This document shows, piece by piece, positions 61,984 to 64,000 of a stretch of DNA of 64,000 nucleotides (the first letter of the stretch is position 1; each line of letters starts with the position of its first letter). The notes below the pieces were generated by a model. That model saw only the letters and a list, made by a program, of their open reading frames with translations. It did not search any database and was not told where the DNA came from. A program made the translations under genes and the position numbers. The DNA comes from Malacoraja senta (Eukaryota): contig CM075977.1 in the NCBI GenBank assembly GCA_038087875.1, forward strand, positions 333,560,001 through 333,624,000, read 5' to 3'.

Positions 61984-64000
61984 CTGTAATTACCATATTG
62001 TGCAAACCATGATGTATTCAGAATCAACACCAGATTCCTGACAGAAAACTCTATTCTGAGCCCAGAAATGGGAAGCAATTACCAGGTGTGAAGAAGAAAA
62101 TAATTTTCTCAGTCCTTCGAAACATCCACGCTGAGTATTGAATACCTCTGGCCTGATTTCCCCTGGTGGAAAATAACTCAGATAGATTTGAGGACTTGAG
62201 ACCATGCGTTGTGAGCCCAGAGATGCCCTGCAGAAGTGCCAGAGGGAGCACAACACTTCATTACCCATCTGCCTGACCTAGCAGGTACTTCTTACTCCAG
62301 CCATGGAAGAGTGTCTGCAGTTCCCACATTGACTTCATCCATCACCTCAGAACCCAGTTTGGATTGGAAACATCTAACTCTCAATTCTGAGAGACTGCCA
62401 TGGAGGAAGTGCAAAATATAAAATGATATTGTGGGTGATGCTGGCTTAGGATTGTGAGCAAATATCTGTACAAAAGATAAGATGCTGAAATGTTGTGGAA
62501 ATACGTATTGCCTTTTGGAAAGTGGACCTTGAAAGAGCTGGTGATAGAACGTCATTCCTCTATTATATTTGTTAAGTTATTTGCTATTGTTAGCTATGCA
62601 CCGAGTTCAGCAGAGTATATGCTTCTTTATTATGCATTAAAAGTGCATACTGAGGACCGTTCTTTTTGCCTTGCGTCATAGATTTCTGAATATTTCTTTG
62701 ACATTTTTGTAGTTTCAATGTAAACATCTACGATCCAGTTAAAAATCAGAAAATGGGTATTTTTTCATTAATCAGACGGATGAAAGAAGAGCAGCTTTGC
62801 TGGCTCCAGAATGAGCTTCTAACGTTTGTTCTTACCCAGGCACATGTCATATTGAATATCCGAGGAAACCTCCCTTTTGTAGAATAAGAGTTATTGACTT
62901 GTGTTGTCTGCTAAAAAATAACCTGCAAAAGACCTTCACTACAAGGATGGTACTGTCAATGTTTGTCAAAGTCACCACTGTGCAAACTCTAATGCTTTGG
63001 GCATATTTTAACCTACAACTTTATATTGATAAGATCAGCACATTCACATTGCACAAATGCTTTAAACAAGTCACTGGTGCACATTGTTCATACGGCAATG
63101 GAAAATGCTAAAATAATGCAGATCAGTGTAGAACATATCTAAAATACATTATCTATAAATCATTAACCTTTCTTGCCTCCTTACAAATTCTGACTGACCT
63201 GCTGAGTATTTGTCAATTTTTTCTTTGCTTTCATTTCATGTTTCCAGCATTGGCAATTTGTTTTTTCAATGAACACATTTTTATTGTTTTCCCCATGGAA
63301 AACCAGTAACAGACTGAGGGGGCCCTGTAATTTTTACACATTTGCAGATTTCCCCGTTCCAGAATGTTATTGATGACAACCCTATGGCCATCTGGGACCC
63401 ACCCAAAAATAAAATAAAGAGATTTCAATTTTATGTGCCTCTCACATCCTCAGGATTCTCAAAGGGTTCAAAACAATGAATTACTTTTGAAAGGCATTCA
63501 GTGTTGTTGTCAAATTCAGTACAGGAGTGTCTGAGAAATAGAAAATGATATGAATGACCAGTTAATTTGTTTATGATGGTGATGGTTGATAGATGGATGG
63601 CAGGTAAAACACTGATGGAATTCAGTGCTCCTACATGATCAGCACTCTGGGATCTTTTCCGTCTATCAGATTGGGCAGAGAAAATCAGATTGATGTATTA
63701 TATAAAAGATTCAATTTCTAATTTCAATTACTGAGATATCAGTCAAAAAATAGCATGAACAACAAACCTGGTTTCGGTCAAAGATGTGGGTTATATCTTA
63801 CAAACATGCAGGTAAATGCTGTTTATCAGGCTGCTGTAATGATGCCTTCATTTTAAAATGTCTCCTGTACATAGACTGTCTTCTACACAGACTATTTTAA
63901 GAAGAAACATATCTAAGGATGGCTGCAAGGCTCCTCTCTTTATGCCAAGCACATTGATCTTCAGGCATACATAATAGCAGCTGAACAAAGACTTTATAGG

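Overview
AT-rich vertebrate genomic DNA, most likely a cartilaginous fish (skate/ray), inferred from HE1/V-SINE-type SINEs, CR1 tails and Penelope ends. The only clear host-gene landmark is a large CpG island (~15.4-20.7 kb) holding a promoter and a probable + strand first exon (ATG 18701, donor after 18802; gene not recognised). The rest is upstream and probably intronic DNA packed with nested mobile elements: three 5'-truncated L1-clade copies with TSDs, an L2 LINE, Rex1/Babar and CR1 fragments, tRNA-derived SINEs, Penelope-like elements (PLEs) with minimal hammerhead-like motifs, an internally deleted Gypsy element (LTRs, PBS, PPT and TSD all present), a non-autonomous Helitron, a Harbinger-like MITE and a probable short Vingi derivative. 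The most notable observations are: (1) short PLE insertions that repeatedly end at the edge of the hammerhead core, one of which captured 70 bp of local DNA inside a single TSD; (2) a modular non-coding retroposon family with a conserved hairpin and interchangeable Rex1-type tails; (3) a Helitron carrying a CCAAT/GC-box/TATA/Inr/splice-donor cassette in the host-gene orientation. All family assignments come from motif recognition, not database searches. There is no intact host multi-exon CDS, tRNA, rRNA or CRISPR array.
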